IMG/VR virus record: IMGVR_UViG_3300020420_000671
Length of the DNA stretch: 64,000 nucleotides
Direction: 5' to 3' (one strand)
DNA from: a virus
Taxonomy: Duplodnaviria > Caudoviricetes
Position numbers and translations under genes: made by a program. Numbering within the stretch: position 1 is the first letter of the stretch; every line of letters starts with the position of its first letter. This document shows positions 16,300 through 25,432 of this stretch, piece by piece. The notes beneath the pieces were generated by a model. The model was not told where the DNA came from. It ran no database searches and saw only the letters and a list, made by a program, of their open reading frames with translations.

Positions 16300-16545
16300 T
16301 TAATTTTCGTTTGTCAAGTGTTTTTGGAGATGTTCTTGTAAATTATTGTCTGTACCTAACCTTTTGTTAAGGTTTTGGCATATTCTAGCCGCGAGAGCCA
16401 TAGTGGATACCTTAGCCAAAATCTGGGCATACCAGGTATCGACTATAAGAAACTTACCAATGTCATCGTTGAGTAATTGGTACCTCATAAAAGTATTTAC
16501 CTGGTATATAACAGCGGGGCCTGAGTCATAAATATTATTGTCCAA
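16300..16545 (-). CDS. hypothetical protein (start uncertain, possibly 16488)
   Basis: ORF track. Confidence 0.45.
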   Translation of the reverse strand: MDNNIYDSGPAVIYQVNTFMRYQLLNDDIGKFLIVDTWYAQILAKVSTMALAARICQNLNKRLGTDNNLQEHLQKHLTNEN

Positions 16546-16801
16546 AGTACAAATGAAAGGACAACATCACATCATGGAGAATCCAATGAAAATGCGACAC
16601 CTAGATCTTAGCCTAGCGATAGGCGATGAAATCCTTGTTGGCCAAAACAAGGCAAAAGCAAGAATCACCAAGATTGAGTTCTTTGAAAAGTCTGGAGAAG
16701 TGGTTATAGGCACCACTAGAGGTCCTAGAAAGGCCTTGACCTTCAGCATACCTACCACCAGAGAGGAGGAGTTGATGTGCACCGCAGATAAATATAGATA
16801 G
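16538..16801 (+). CDS. hypothetical protein (start uncertain)
   Basis: First plus-strand gene after a TAAATA element. Confidence 0.65.
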   Translation: MSKVQMKGQHHIMENPMKMRHLDLSLAIGDEILVGQNKAKARITKIEFFEKSGEVVIGTTRGPRKALTFSIPTTREEELMCTADKYR

Positions 16802-16802
16802 C

Positions 16803-17054
16803 ATGAAGATAGTAGAACTAAACACAGAATTAGACAGTGAGATAAACAATGAGTGGCAGGCCTCTAAGAAGCTCTGTCGCTCATCACGTCCTAACGACTC
16901 ACTAGGAGCAAGTGCCCTTGCTTCTTGTAAGTCACAAGGATTAAGAAAGAGAGAAGGAAAGAAGAGTCATAAGATTGGGAAAAGACGAGTTACCGTAGGA
17001 GGCAAAAAGATCAAAGGCAGAGATCACGGTGGCCCATTGCCTGACTGGAGTTAA
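16803..17054 (+). CDS. basic hypothetical protein, possible internal head protein
   Basis: MKIVE N-terminus, K/R-rich. Confidence 0.7.
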   Translation: MKIVELNTELDSEINNEWQASKKLCRSSRPNDSLGASALASCKSQGLRKREGKKSHKIGKRRVTVGGKKIKGRDHGGPLPDWS

Positions 17055-17055
17055 A

Positions 17056-17595
17056 ATGGAATCTAACTTCAAGGGCAAGATGCTCGTAGCAAAACCCCAT
17101 TTCTTGCGAGATCCCCACTTCTCCAACAGCGTCATCTATATCTACGAACAGCAGGAGCAAGTTGTCCTAGGATTGTGTTTAAACAAACCATCTAACCTTA
17201 CACTTGCTGATATACATTCGATGAGAGGCTACCATAACAGCGGGGCCACAGGCAAATTGTATAAGGGCGGTCCTGTAAACGAACAGTCATTACTATTACT
17301 ACACACAGATGATTGGAGCAGTTCAAACACTTTTAGGTCAAGTCATGGCAACTGTGTATCATCAGACGAGCTTATGCTTGAGAAACTTTTGTCAGGCAAT
17401 ATGCCTAGGTGTTGGAGAATGATGAGTGGAATGAGTACATGGGTAGTTCCACAACTACAAGACGAGATATACAAACGAAATGCTTGGTTACTTATAGAAC
17501 CAAGTGAGTCTATATTTTACACGACTGACGGCGATGCCCAATGGAAGTCGGCTATTGAACTTGCTAGTACCAGAATGTTAGAAACCTATTTCTAA
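17056..17595 (+). CDS. YqgE/AlgH (DUF179) family protein
   Basis: GKMLVAKP...DPHFSNSVIYI...GLCLNKP...YKGGPV motifs. Confidence 0.85.
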   Translation: MESNFKGKMLVAKPHFLRDPHFSNSVIYIYEQQEQVVLGLCLNKPSNLTLADIHSMRGYHNSGATGKLYKGGPVNEQSLLLLHTDDWSSSNTFRSSHGNCVSSDELMLEKLLSGNMPRCWRMMSGMSTWVVPQLQDEIYKRNAWLLIEPSESIFYTTDGDAQWKSAIELASTRMLETYF

Positions 17596-17633
17596 ACAGC
17601 TAAATACTTTTAACACACATAGAGGAACTTAAA

Positions 17634-18038
17634 ATGAAATTACTTTCACTCCTATTCGCGGCCCTTATCTTTTGTTCTAGTGTTACCTACGCAGAACATC
17701 TTGGAGAAGGCGCACCTAAAGAGCCTGAGACACTTACACCAGACAACAAAATCTTTGAAGACATGTTTAGATTGCCGTCTCTGATAGACTGTGGTCCACC
17801 TGAAAAAATACAGAAGATGGTAGATGACTATGGTGAAGTGCCTATAGCAGAAGGAAATACATTTATAATTAGACCTGATCTAATGATACAACCAGGACCG
17901 TTTACTTTGTATGTTAACCCAAATACAAAGACTTGGACAATGGTTGTCAAGTTCAAACCAGGTGGCTATCCTGAAATGTGGTGTATAGTTGGCGCCGGTA
18001 CAGAATTTGGTCCATCGGTCCAAAAAACATCTATCTAA
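17634..18038 (+). CDS. exported hypothetical protein
   Basis: Signal peptide; two Cys. Confidence 0.7.
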   Translation: MKLLSLLFAALIFCSSVTYAEHLGEGAPKEPETLTPDNKIFEDMFRLPSLIDCGPPEKIQKMVDDYGEVPIAEGNTFIIRPDLMIQPGPFTLYVNPNTKTWTMVVKFKPGGYPEMWCIVGAGTEFGPSVQKTSI

Positions 18039-18106
18039 CCAAAATAGGTTGACTTTTATTTGTTCTGCTCTTATAGTTAAGAGAAAGGCAACAGATAGAG
18101 GAAAAA

Positions 18107-18358
18107 ATGAACATTAAAGATAACTTACCACAATTATTCATTATATTGGTAGTAGCGTTTTCGTTTTTGTTAGTTATTAATCACGCCAAAGCAGATGAAA
18201 ACAAGATCACAACATGGTTAGTAAATGAAAAGAATGAAATCATTCAATTCCAAAAAGATAGTTGGCAGGATAGTAAAGATCAATTTGCTAGAAACAAAGA
18301 ACAAATTGGAAACTTGTTTAACAAAGTTACATCGTTTTTAAATAGCAAAACAAACTAA
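18107..18358 (+). CDS. exported hypothetical protein
   Basis: Signal peptide ending AKA. Confidence 0.7.
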   Translation: MNIKDNLPQLFIILVVAFSFLLVINHAKADENKITTWLVNEKNEIIQFQKDSWQDSKDQFARNKEQIGNLFNKVTSFLNSKTN

Positions 18359-18361
18359 ACA

Positions 18362-18369
18362 TATAAATA
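18362..18369 (+). promoter_or_regulatory. T4-type late promoter TATAAATA
   Basis: Exact consensus upstream of GGAG RBS and ORF 18401. Confidence 0.65.
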
Positions 18370-18400
18370 AAGATACACACAAACACAGAAGGAGAAGTAT

Positions 18401-18700
18401 ATGTTTAAAACACCACAAGAAATGACTGAATTCATGAAGTCATTTGCCCCACAAGTAAAATACAATAAAAACGGATATGAAATCCGTACTAAGATCCTGG
18501 AGATGGCACAGAACGAAATGTGGAACGATTACCACGCGAAGTTTGGTGCTTGGTCAACTTCTATTGCGAAGGATGGCGAAGAGATTGTTACCAAGGTAGA
18601 ATTACCTACGGTACCGGGTGTAGAAGCAGTACTTGAAACGGCTGAAAAGTTTTACAGTTTCGTTGAAGGTAAAAGCAAAAAGGATGAGAATCCGGCATAG
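18401..18700 (+). CDS. conserved phage hypothetical protein
   Basis: KNGYEIRTKILEMA...AEKFYSFV. Confidence 0.75.
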   Translation: MFKTPQEMTEFMKSFAPQVKYNKNGYEIRTKILEMAQNEMWNDYHAKFGAWSTSIAKDGEEIVTKVELPTVPGVEAVLETAEKFYSFVEGKSKKDENPA

Positions 18701-18768
18701 CCGATACATAGAACAAAAAAGTTTATAAAAGGCAACCCCTAGTGTTAGAAATGATGCTGGGGGTTAAT

Positions 18769-19026
18769 CTATTTAGGAGTGTTAATTGTATCCATTTGCT
18801 CCTGTGTCCATTTATTTGCTTTGCGATCACGTTCTTTCCAAGGTAATGGTTCGCGGTCAACATATAGGACACGTGGACACTGATATTCTTTTAAGGTACT
18901 AGCAAACTCTTTGGTCGTATCAGCACATTGATAAAAGCAATTTATATCTTCTTCTACTATTGTTTTGTGAGCTATAAAGCATTGTAACATGCCAGCCATG
19001 GCCAACTCAATTACCATTAGGTCCAA
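18769..19026 (-). CDS. hypothetical protein (Cys-containing)
   Basis: ORF track. Confidence 0.6.
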   Translation of the reverse strand: MDLMVIELAMAGMLQCFIAHKTIVEEDINCFYQCADTTKEFASTLKEYQCPRVLYVDREPLPWKERDRKANKWTQEQMDTINTPK

Positions 19027-19496
19027 GGTCTCCCTGTTACAAGTCCTCCTGAATTAGCATTGTCTATTCTATTAGCAGTTACATTATCTCCTGCCTTATA
19101 CAATGTAGGAAGGTTTGCTTTGGATTTTGTGTTAGCAGTTCTGTAATAGTTGGCATTTGTATCTGCCGCGGCCAAGCCTTTACGTTTGGTGACTGCTATT
19201 TTAAGTATTGATTCTTGTCGTTGCCTTTTGGTTCTAGTTGTTGTTCTACCTAATGGCACACATTGTACCATATCACCTTCAACTAAACCTGCGGCTGTTA
19301 GTGTATCACCGCCATTATTTGTTTGATTGATTGTTAAATTTTTAGTAGCGGCAATGTTCTCATACTCGGCTGTGGTGATCTCTTGTCCTTCTATTGCCTG
19401 TGCTAGGGCAGTTAATTGATTCATAGTTGTTGATCCCATTGTTACAGTTAAATCAAACACTACACCTGTTAGTCCTTTACATTTAATAGTTGCCAT
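19017..19496 (-). CDS. putative virion protein
   Basis: T/A/N-rich, C-terminal GLVTGRPWT; preceded by a late-type ATAAATA on the minus strand. Confidence 0.6.
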   Translation of the reverse strand: MATIKCKGLTGVVFDLTVTMGSTTMNQLTALAQAIEGQEITTAEYENIAATKNLTINQTNNGGDTLTAAGLVEGDMVQCVPLGRTTTRTKRQRQESILKIAVTKRKGLAAADTNANYYRTANTKSKANLPTLYKAGDNVTANRIDNANSGGLVTGRPWT

Positions 19497-19539
19497 ACCA
19501 AAATCCTTTTCTAATTGTATTTATCTGATAAGTAATAGC

Positions 19540-19731
19540 ATGTTTAAAAAGATCAAAGAGTGGCTCAACATGATAAACGAGTTAGAATCTGAATCAGCAA
19601 GGGCAGGAATAATTACAGTTATACACCCTTTCATGGGAGCATATACACATATTGATCAAGCAACCTATAAGAAGTATATAAATGATAGACAAAAAGCCAT
19701 TCGAAAAGATAATACAAAATCTAAAAGATGA
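19540..19731 (+). CDS. hypothetical protein
   Basis: 63-aa ORF overlapping hemA start. Confidence 0.5.
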   Translation: MFKKIKEWLNMINELESESARAGIITVIHPFMGAYTHIDQATYKKYINDRQKAIRKDNTKSKR

Positions 19732-20887
19732 AGGAAAATATCGTGTCTTTAATGACATATTGAGGGAAAGAGGTAACTTTCCTAAAGCTATCTGGTATTC
19801 ACAGTATGCTATCAAAAATATTGTAAACTGGTGCTCTAATGATTACTTGGGTATGGGACAGAACAAAGTAGTCCTTGATGCCATGCACACAGCACTAGAT
19901 CAAACAGGAGGAGGTTCAGGAGGTACTAGAAATATAGGTGGTACTAGTCATTACCACGTAGCTCTTGAACACCAATTAGCAAAATTACATAAGAAAGAAA
20001 CTTCTTTATTGTATACGTCCGCCTATGTCGCAAACGAATGGACGCTTGTCGCCTTAAGCAAGATCATTCCCGACATTGTGTTTTTAAGTGACAGCAAAAA
20101 TCATGCTTCACTTATCCAAGGCATAAGACACAGTGGTGCTAAAAAGGTTATCTGGAAGCACAATGACATGGACGACTTGGAGCAGAAACTTAAAAACGTG
20201 TCAGGTACGCCTTGTATCGTTTTTGAATCCGTGTATAGCATGGATGGAGACGTTAGTCCTATGCTCGAAGTTTGCGACTTGGCAGACAAATATAGTGCTA
20301 TGACTTATATTGACGAAGTACATGCTGTGGGGCTCTATGGTAAACATGGAGCAGGCAAACTGGAAGAGTGTGGACTTCAAGATAGAGTTGATATAGTAAA
20401 CGGCACATTAGGTAAAGCCTTTGGTGTTCAAGGTGGTTATATCGCCGGGGATAGCATTGTCATAGACGCAATTAGATCTGTTGCCTCTGGCTTTATCTTT
20501 ACCACAAGTACGTCTCCAGTAATTTGTGCTGGTGCTTTGGCCAGTATCAAATATGTTATGGATCACAATGAACTGAGGATACAGCATCAAGAACGAGCAA
20601 ACAAGTTAAAAGCTATGTTGAGAGAACAAGACATAGAAGTTCTTGATTGTGCTACAACACATATAGTTCCTGTGATGATAAGGGATGCCAAGCTCTGTAA
20701 AAAAATGAGTGACCTTCTGCTTACCGACTATAACATTTACATACAACCTATCAATTGGCCTACAGTAGACGTAGGCACTGAAAGGTTGCGTGTAACACCA
20801 ACTCCTCTTCATTCAGATGCTTTAATGCATGAGTTGGTAGATTCTTTAAGAAAAACATTTAAACGCAACCAAGAGGGGTGCGTATAA
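19682..20887 (+). CDS. hemA: 5-aminolevulinate synthase (Shemin/C4 pathway)
   Basis: [29 protein letters not shown] and PLP-lysine GTLGKAFG motifs. Confidence 0.95.
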   Translation: MIDKKPFEKIIQNLKDEGKYRVFNDILRERGNFPKAIWYSQYAIKNIVNWCSNDYLGMGQNKVVLDAMHTALDQTGGGSGGTRNIGGTSHYHVALEHQLAKLHKKETSLLYTSAYVANEWTLVALSKIIPDIVFLSDSKNHASLIQGIRHSGAKKVIWKHNDMDDLEQKLKNVSGTPCIVFESVYSMDGDVSPMLEVCDLADKYSAMTYIDEVHAVGLYGKHGAGKLEECGLQDRVDIVNGTLGKAFGVQGGYIAGDSIVIDAIRSVASGFIFTTSTSPVICAGALASIKYVMDHNELRIQHQERANKLKAMLREQDIEVLDCATTHIVPVMIRDAKLCKKMSDLLLTDYNIYIQPINWPTVDVGTERLRVTPTPLHSDALMHELVDSLRKTFKRNQEGCV

Positions 20888-20900
20888 TGAAAGGTATTAA

Positions 20901-21320
20901 ATGAGTAAATTTAAAAAATATATATGGATGGGGTTAGGCTTTTTATCATTAGGCATGGCATACGTTGGAGTTATCTTGCCAGGCATTCCTTTCTCTATCT
21001 TCTTAGTGTTTGCGGCATATTGCTTTGCGAAAAGCAGTAAACGTATGCATGATTGGTTGTACAATCACAAATACTTTGGCCCATTCTTAACCAATTGGGT
21101 ACAAAAGAAAGTGTTTCCTACTAAAGGAAAATATCTTATGTTAGCCGTGATGGCATCATCTCTAGCCTTTTTATGGTTCACTACAGAAAACATAAAAGCA
21201 GTTATGTGGAGTGGTGGCTTTATGGCATTGGTTGCCATATGGGCATGGAGATTTCCAGGCTCTGTAGAAGAACATAAACGCAGAGTAAAAGCTGGTGAAA
21301 AGATAGCATGGCTGAAATAA
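20901..21320 (+). CDS. ybaN: YbaN (DUF454) family membrane protein
   Basis: GVILPGIP...AAYCFAKSSKRMHDWL...FGPFL motif. Confidence 0.85.
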   Translation: MSKFKKYIWMGLGFLSLGMAYVGVILPGIPFSIFLVFAAYCFAKSSKRMHDWLYNHKYFGPFLTNWVQKKVFPTKGKYLMLAVMASSLAFLWFTTENIKAVMWSGGFMALVAIWAWRFPGSVEEHKRRVKAGEKIAWLK

Positions 21321-22067
21321 TTGTTTTTTATTTCCGCACCCTTTGGGAACTATCTTAAATTCAAGAACGCAATTAGTGTTACCGGCACTTGGACATTTAA
21401 GCCAAGGCCGGGACTCACTAAACAAATAATCAAAACATTACGGTACGTAAAGACAGACGCAGGTTGGTCTTGGCGAAACAAAATTGGCCTAAGAAACGCA
21501 GGCTTACATGAAGGTTTGCTTAGAACTTCATATGATAATGTTTTAAGCATAGCCGCATTGGAACCATTAGATTGGCACAAAATAAAATTGGCAATAAGTC
21601 CAGATAGGAATATTGAACTAAACATTAGTTGTCCTAACTTAGACACACACCAAGACACAACATCATTCGATGGCTTTGACAAGTTTCCTAATCATATGCG
21701 TGGTAAGTGGTGTATAGTAAAAATACCTCCTACTTCGAGCAACAAACTTGTTGACAAAATAGTAGATGCGGGTTATAATACAATACATGCTAGTAATACA
21801 TTAGCCACTGATAAGGGAGGACTGAGCGGTTACATACTTACTTCTTATACTCTACAATTAATAAGGTATATCAAGAAGACACATCCTCACGTTGAAGTTA
21901 TTGCAGGCGGCGGAGTATCAAAAAAATGGCATGCGGAATACTATTTAGATGAAGGAGCAGATCATATAAGCATAGGCTCGGCTTGTTTTACCCCTTGGAA
22001 AGTTAAGCCAATTTTATCTGCTACAAAGACTGTACAAGATCAGACGGAAATAAATATAATATCATGA
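21321..22067 (+). CDS. pyrD: dihydroorotate dehydrogenase-like flavoprotein (class 1, short)
   Basis: NKIGLRNAG, ELNISCPN (catalytic Cys), SNT and IAGGGV motifs; TTG start. Confidence 0.75.
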   Translation: MFFISAPFGNYLKFKNAISVTGTWTFKPRPGLTKQIIKTLRYVKTDAGWSWRNKIGLRNAGLHEGLLRTSYDNVLSIAALEPLDWHKIKLAISPDRNIELNISCPNLDTHQDTTSFDGFDKFPNHMRGKWCIVKIPPTSSNKLVDKIVDAGYNTIHASNTLATDKGGLSGYILTSYTLQLIRYIKKTHPHVEVIAGGGVSKKWHAEYYLDEGADHISIGSACFTPWKVKPILSATKTVQDQTEINIIS

Positions 22068-23215
22068 GAGCTAACGAAGTTGAAAAGATAAACACCACAG
22101 CATTTAAAGAACTGATGACTCCTGAACTTAAAAAGTTAGGCTCAGTATTCAATAAAGCTGGACATGAAATACGTTTGGTAGGTGGTGTGGTAAGAGACCT
22201 TGCTCTTAAAAAATTTCCCAAAGATGTTGACTTGGCTACTGATGCTAATCCTAAAGATGTAGTAGAACTTTTAGATAAAAACAATATAAAAAATAAGCCA
22301 ACTGGAATAGAACACGGCACCATAACCGCTATCATAAACAAAACTCCATACGAGATTACAACTTTACGAGCTGACAAAGAAACAGACGGCAGACGAGCAA
22401 AAGTACAATTTGTTAAGAATTGGAAACAAGATGCTGAGCGTAGGGATCTAACCTACAATGCTATGAGCCTTGACTTTAAGGGCAAACTATACGATTACTT
22501 TGGAGGAATGGACGACTTACAGGATAAGGTAAGTGCCTTTGTTGGAGATCCAGATGAAAGAATAAAAGAAGATTTCCTTAGGATTCTTAGATATTTCAGA
22601 TTCCAAAGCAAACTGGAAGATCCTAAATGGGATAAAAATACTATAGAAGCCATAACAAACAACGCAAATGATCTTAAAAGAATAAGTGTAGAACGCATAT
22701 GGTCTGAACTTAAAAAGATGCTAGTAAGTAGAAATGTAGAGGAAAGTTTACGTTACATGGGAGAAACAGGAGTAGCAAAAGCAATTCAACTTCCTGTTGA
22801 TAATGCACGATCTATAAAAAAATTAGCAAAGACTGACAATCCTATTGTTCCTTTGGCGGTGCTTGTGAATGATGTGACTCTTGCTGACACTTGGAAAATG
22901 AGTAACGAAGAAACACAATTATTAAGATTTTTAGTACAAAACAAAAAGAATTCATTATCAAAAGATAGTGCTATTGATTTAATACACGACGGCTATCCAA
23001 AGGAAATGGTCCTTCATTTAATTAGTTTACAGGGTAAGAAATCGTTAGATGATGTAATAAGAAATTATGAAGCACCTGATTTTCCTGTACAAGGAAGAGA
23101 TCTAATAGCAAAAGGCATGAAGCCAGGAGTTGATGTTGGAAGACAACTTGCTCAACTAAGAGACAAATGGAAAGCAAGTGGATACAAACTTTCTAAAGAT
23201 CAACTTTTAAGGTAA
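22064..23215 (+). CDS. cca: CCA-adding enzyme / poly(A) polymerase family nucleotidyltransferase
   Basis: VGGVVRD...DVDLAT, DAERRDLTYNAM and EDFLRILRYFRF motifs. Confidence 0.9.
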   Translation: MRANEVEKINTTAFKELMTPELKKLGSVFNKAGHEIRLVGGVVRDLALKKFPKDVDLATDANPKDVVELLDKNNIKNKPTGIEHGTITAIINKTPYEITTLRADKETDGRRAKVQFVKNWKQDAERRDLTYNAMSLDFKGKLYDYFGGMDDLQDKVSAFVGDPDERIKEDFLRILRYFRFQSKLEDPKWDKNTIEAITNNANDLKRISVERIWSELKKMLVSRNVEESLRYMGETGVAKAIQLPVDNARSIKKLAKTDNPIVPLAVLVNDVTLADTWKMSNEETQLLRFLVQNKKNSLSKDSAIDLIHDGYPKEMVLHLISLQGKKSLDDVIRNYEAPDFPVQGRDLIAKGMKPGVDVGRQLAQLRDKWKASGYKLSKDQLLR

Positions 23216-23282
23216 AGTTCAGTGTTGCTAAAAACGCAAGACAGCCATGCCACCTATTTCAGTGGTAGTTTTTAACCTAGCA

Positions 23283-23290
23283 TATAAATA
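23283..23290 (+). promoter_or_regulatory. T4-type late promoter TATAAATA
   Basis: Exact consensus in front of a structured non-coding segment. Confidence 0.65.
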
Positions 23291-23450
23291 CAACTGAACG
23301 CAATGTTCACACACATAGACACTAGGAAAGACTAGGGCACGGCATCAGTGCCTTACAAGCGATTGACGGGTACCAAAGGTACACGCACCGCCGGGGAAGT
23401 TCCGGGGTATTGCTTTCCTCAAGCATCCAAAACAAAAATACTTTTCTAAG
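23291..23450 (+). ncRNA. candidate structured RNA or 5' leader
   Basis: Six tandem hairpins, e.g. GGCAC/GTGCC, GTACC/GGTAC, CCGG/CCGG, TGCTT/AAGCA; no plus-strand ORF. Confidence 0.45.
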
Positions 23451-23458
23451 GAGTAAAA

Positions 23459-23635
23459 ATGGCAAAAGTTCTGAGCGACAGCCTTATGAGATTTGTTGAA
23501 TGGATGACATATAGTAATCCTGATACTGAACTCAGAAGATGGGCACAAGTAGAATATGGTAAGCAGTGGGAACTAGCTTACGAATTTATAAAATACAACC
23601 CAGGTAAAGTTCCAGTAGTAGGGAAGCACATATGA
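23459..23635 (+). CDS. 58-aa hypothetical protein (MAKVLSDSLMRFVEWMTYSNP...)
   Basis: Manually found; AAGGAG RBS. Confidence 0.7.
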   Translation: MAKVLSDSLMRFVEWMTYSNPDTELRRWAQVEYGKQWELAYEFIKYNPGKVPVVGKHI

Positions 23636-23781
23636 TGGCTTCTTTATTAAAAACTATCACTGAATTCTTTAGCTACAATCATTATAGGCAAAGAATGGTA
23701 GAGGATTATCTAGGACAATCATCTAGTTTACAAGAACTAGAAAGAAGACAACAACATTTAGCAAGGAAAGGAATATATTAA
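23632..23781 (+). CDS. 49-aa DUF3563-like small protein
   Basis: EDYLGQSSSLQELERRQQHL motif; ATGA overlap. Confidence 0.6.
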   Translation: MMASLLKTITEFFSYNHYRQRMVEDYLGQSSSLQELERRQQHLARKGIY

Positions 23782-23966
23782 TGAACGCGATTACGTTAAC
23801 TTATTGTGCATTCTGCGAGTGGCTAGCAGGTGTAGGAAGAGGCATTGTAAAATTTGCCGAAATAGCCAGTTATGCTAGAGCGGCGGCAGAGCTTACTAGA
23901 CAAGGTATGCATGCCGAAGCAAAAGCATTAATGATCGAAAAAACTAAATTACAAGGAGAGAAGTAG
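23781..23966 (+). CDS. small hypothetical protein
   Basis: ARAAAELTRQG motif; coupled. Confidence 0.7.
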   Translation: MNAITLTYCAFCEWLAGVGRGIVKFAEIASYARAAAELTRQGMHAEAKALMIEKTKLQGEK

Positions 23967-23968
23967 CA

Positions 23969-24403
23969 ATGAAGAGCTTGATTACATTAGTAGTAACAGT
24001 ATTTGCAGTAGTTTTTGTATCTAGTATGGCGTATTCCGCCGATATGTCGATTGACATGTTGAATAAACTTGGAAAAGAAAAGATGGTTTATTCAGTTGAT
24101 GTTGCTGAGATCGACGCAGGAGATACTATCACTTGGTTGCCAGCATCAAAAGGACACAATGTCCATTTCATAGCTGGTCCAGACGGATGGGATTTACCAA
24201 AGAAAAGTAAGAACAACAAAGAAGTTGCTATTACTTTTGACACACCAGGCATTTACCTGTACCAGTGTACACCACATGCTTCAATGGGCATGATAGCACT
24301 TGTGATAGTAGGTGGAGATACATCAAACCTAGATGCTATTGCGAAGGCAAAGGTAAGAGGTAAAAGTAAAAAGAAACTTAAAAAGTTACTTGGAGAACTT
24401 TAA
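23969..24403 (+). CDS. pseudoazurin (type-1 blue copper protein)
   Basis: Signal peptide; KGHNV and YQCTPHASMGM copper ligands (H, C, H, M). Confidence 0.9.
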   Translation: MKSLITLVVTVFAVVFVSSMAYSADMSIDMLNKLGKEKMVYSVDVAEIDAGDTITWLPASKGHNVHFIAGPDGWDLPKKSKNNKEVAITFDTPGIYLYQCTPHASMGMIALVIVGGDTSNLDAIAKAKVRGKSKKKLKKLLGEL

Positions 24404-24456
24404 TGTGGCCTTACACCGATGAAGAATGGGAGTTCATCAGCGGTAAACGTAAATAA
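24403..24456 (+). CDS. 17-aa peptide MWPYTDEEWEFISGKRK
   Basis: TAATG overlap with pseudoazurin stop, GGAG RBS, followed by terminator. Confidence 0.4.
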   Translation: MWPYTDEEWEFISGKRK

Positions 24457-24460
24457 ATTA

Positions 24461-24486
24461 AGCCAGGGAAACCTGGCTTTTTTTTT
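24461..24486 (+). terminator. intrinsic terminator
   Basis: AGCCAGG-GAAA-CCTGGCT followed by a T run. Confidence 0.85.
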
Positions 24487-24577
24487 GAATAAGATAAATA
24501 CCTCGACAAAAGAATAAGGTCGAATTTTTTTTGACCGAAATTTTTTTTGACTTGACAAAAGCAAAAAGGAAAAAGAA

Positions 24578-25426
24578 ATGACGCAACTAATATCCCCAAG
24601 TAAATTTACAAAAACAGTTGGCCTTTTAAGGTCATTTTTTTTGGACAAAGGATTTGAAGAAGTCCATACACAAAACAGACTATCAATACTTGCCGCATGT
24701 GAAGATCCATTCAATGTAGCAACCTACAATTACGCAGGCCAAGTGTGGCCGTTGCCGCAAACAGGCCAAATGTGGCTAGAACACGAATTACTTTCCAAGC
24801 CCGATTCAAAGGGCTTTTTTTGTGTCTCCACATCCTATAGACAGGAACCAAACGCAATACCAGGAAGGCACGATATAATATTTCCAATGTTTGAATTTGA
24901 AATGCCAGGTGACATCGATGATCTTAAAAAGATGGAATACGAACTATGTCAACACTTAGGTTTTAGGATGCCAACAGAAAAGACTTATTCCGAATGGCAA
25001 GAGGAATACGAAGTAGATGGAGAACTAACAGCTGAACATGAAACAAAGATGTTCAATGACTATGTAACAACAATGATAACCGACTTTCCGGAATTTACAA
25101 GTCCATTTTGGAACATGAGTAGATACGAAGGCGGTGCTACAAGTAAGAAGATAGATGTTATCTTAGGCGGAATGGAAACAATAGGATCAGCAGAACGTTC
25201 ATGTGATGTTAATATGATGCGTGATACATTTCATACTATCACAGGCGGAGAATATAGCGAACTACTATATAAATTGTTTGGTAAAGAAAGAGTAGAAGCA
25301 GAACTTGAAAAGTTTTTAGAGTTTGATTTCTTCCCAAGAGTTGGCGGAGGAATAGGAATGACAAGAATGATAAGTGCTTTGGATACAATACCACAATACG
25401 ATCCAAACGTACCTCCTAGCATCTAA
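24578..25426 (+). CDS. AsnRS/AspRS-like class II catalytic domain without anticodon-binding domain (AsnRS2 / asparagine synthetase-like)
   Basis: LPQTGQMWLE, SYRQEPN..PGRH...FPMFEFE (motif 2), GMETIGSAERS and RVGGGIGMTR (motif 3); only 282 aa. Confidence 0.8.
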   Translation: MTQLISPSKFTKTVGLLRSFFLDKGFEEVHTQNRLSILAACEDPFNVATYNYAGQVWPLPQTGQMWLEHELLSKPDSKGFFCVSTSYRQEPNAIPGRHDIIFPMFEFEMPGDIDDLKKMEYELCQHLGFRMPTEKTYSEWQEEYEVDGELTAEHETKMFNDYVTTMITDFPEFTSPFWNMSRYEGGATSKKIDVILGGMETIGSAERSCDVNMMRDTFHTITGGEYSELLYKLFGKERVEAELEKFLEFDFFPRVGGGIGMTRMISALDTIPQYDPNVPPSI

Positions 25427-25432
25427 TAATAG

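Larger units (their letters stand above)
160..16317 (-). repeat. dispersed array of ~25 sigma70-type early promoter/RBS cassettes
   Basis: Minus-strand -35 boxes (TTGACA or close variants) at plus coordinates 183, 608, 740, 1305, 1725, 2019, 2284, 2559, 3576, 3683, 4203, 4749, 4950, 5199, 7702, 8289, 9017, 9795, 10757, 11655, 12080, 13723, 14660, 15871, 16312; most have a 17-nt spacer, a TATAAT-like -10, an A-rich leader and (GA)GGGC before the start codon. Confidence 0.9.

Noticed and set aside
160-16317. Repeated intergenic motifs as a CRISPR array or integron attC sites
   Set aside because: Spacing is irregular (about 200-3000 nt), the repeats resolve into -35/-10/RBS elements, and no cas or integrase gene is present.
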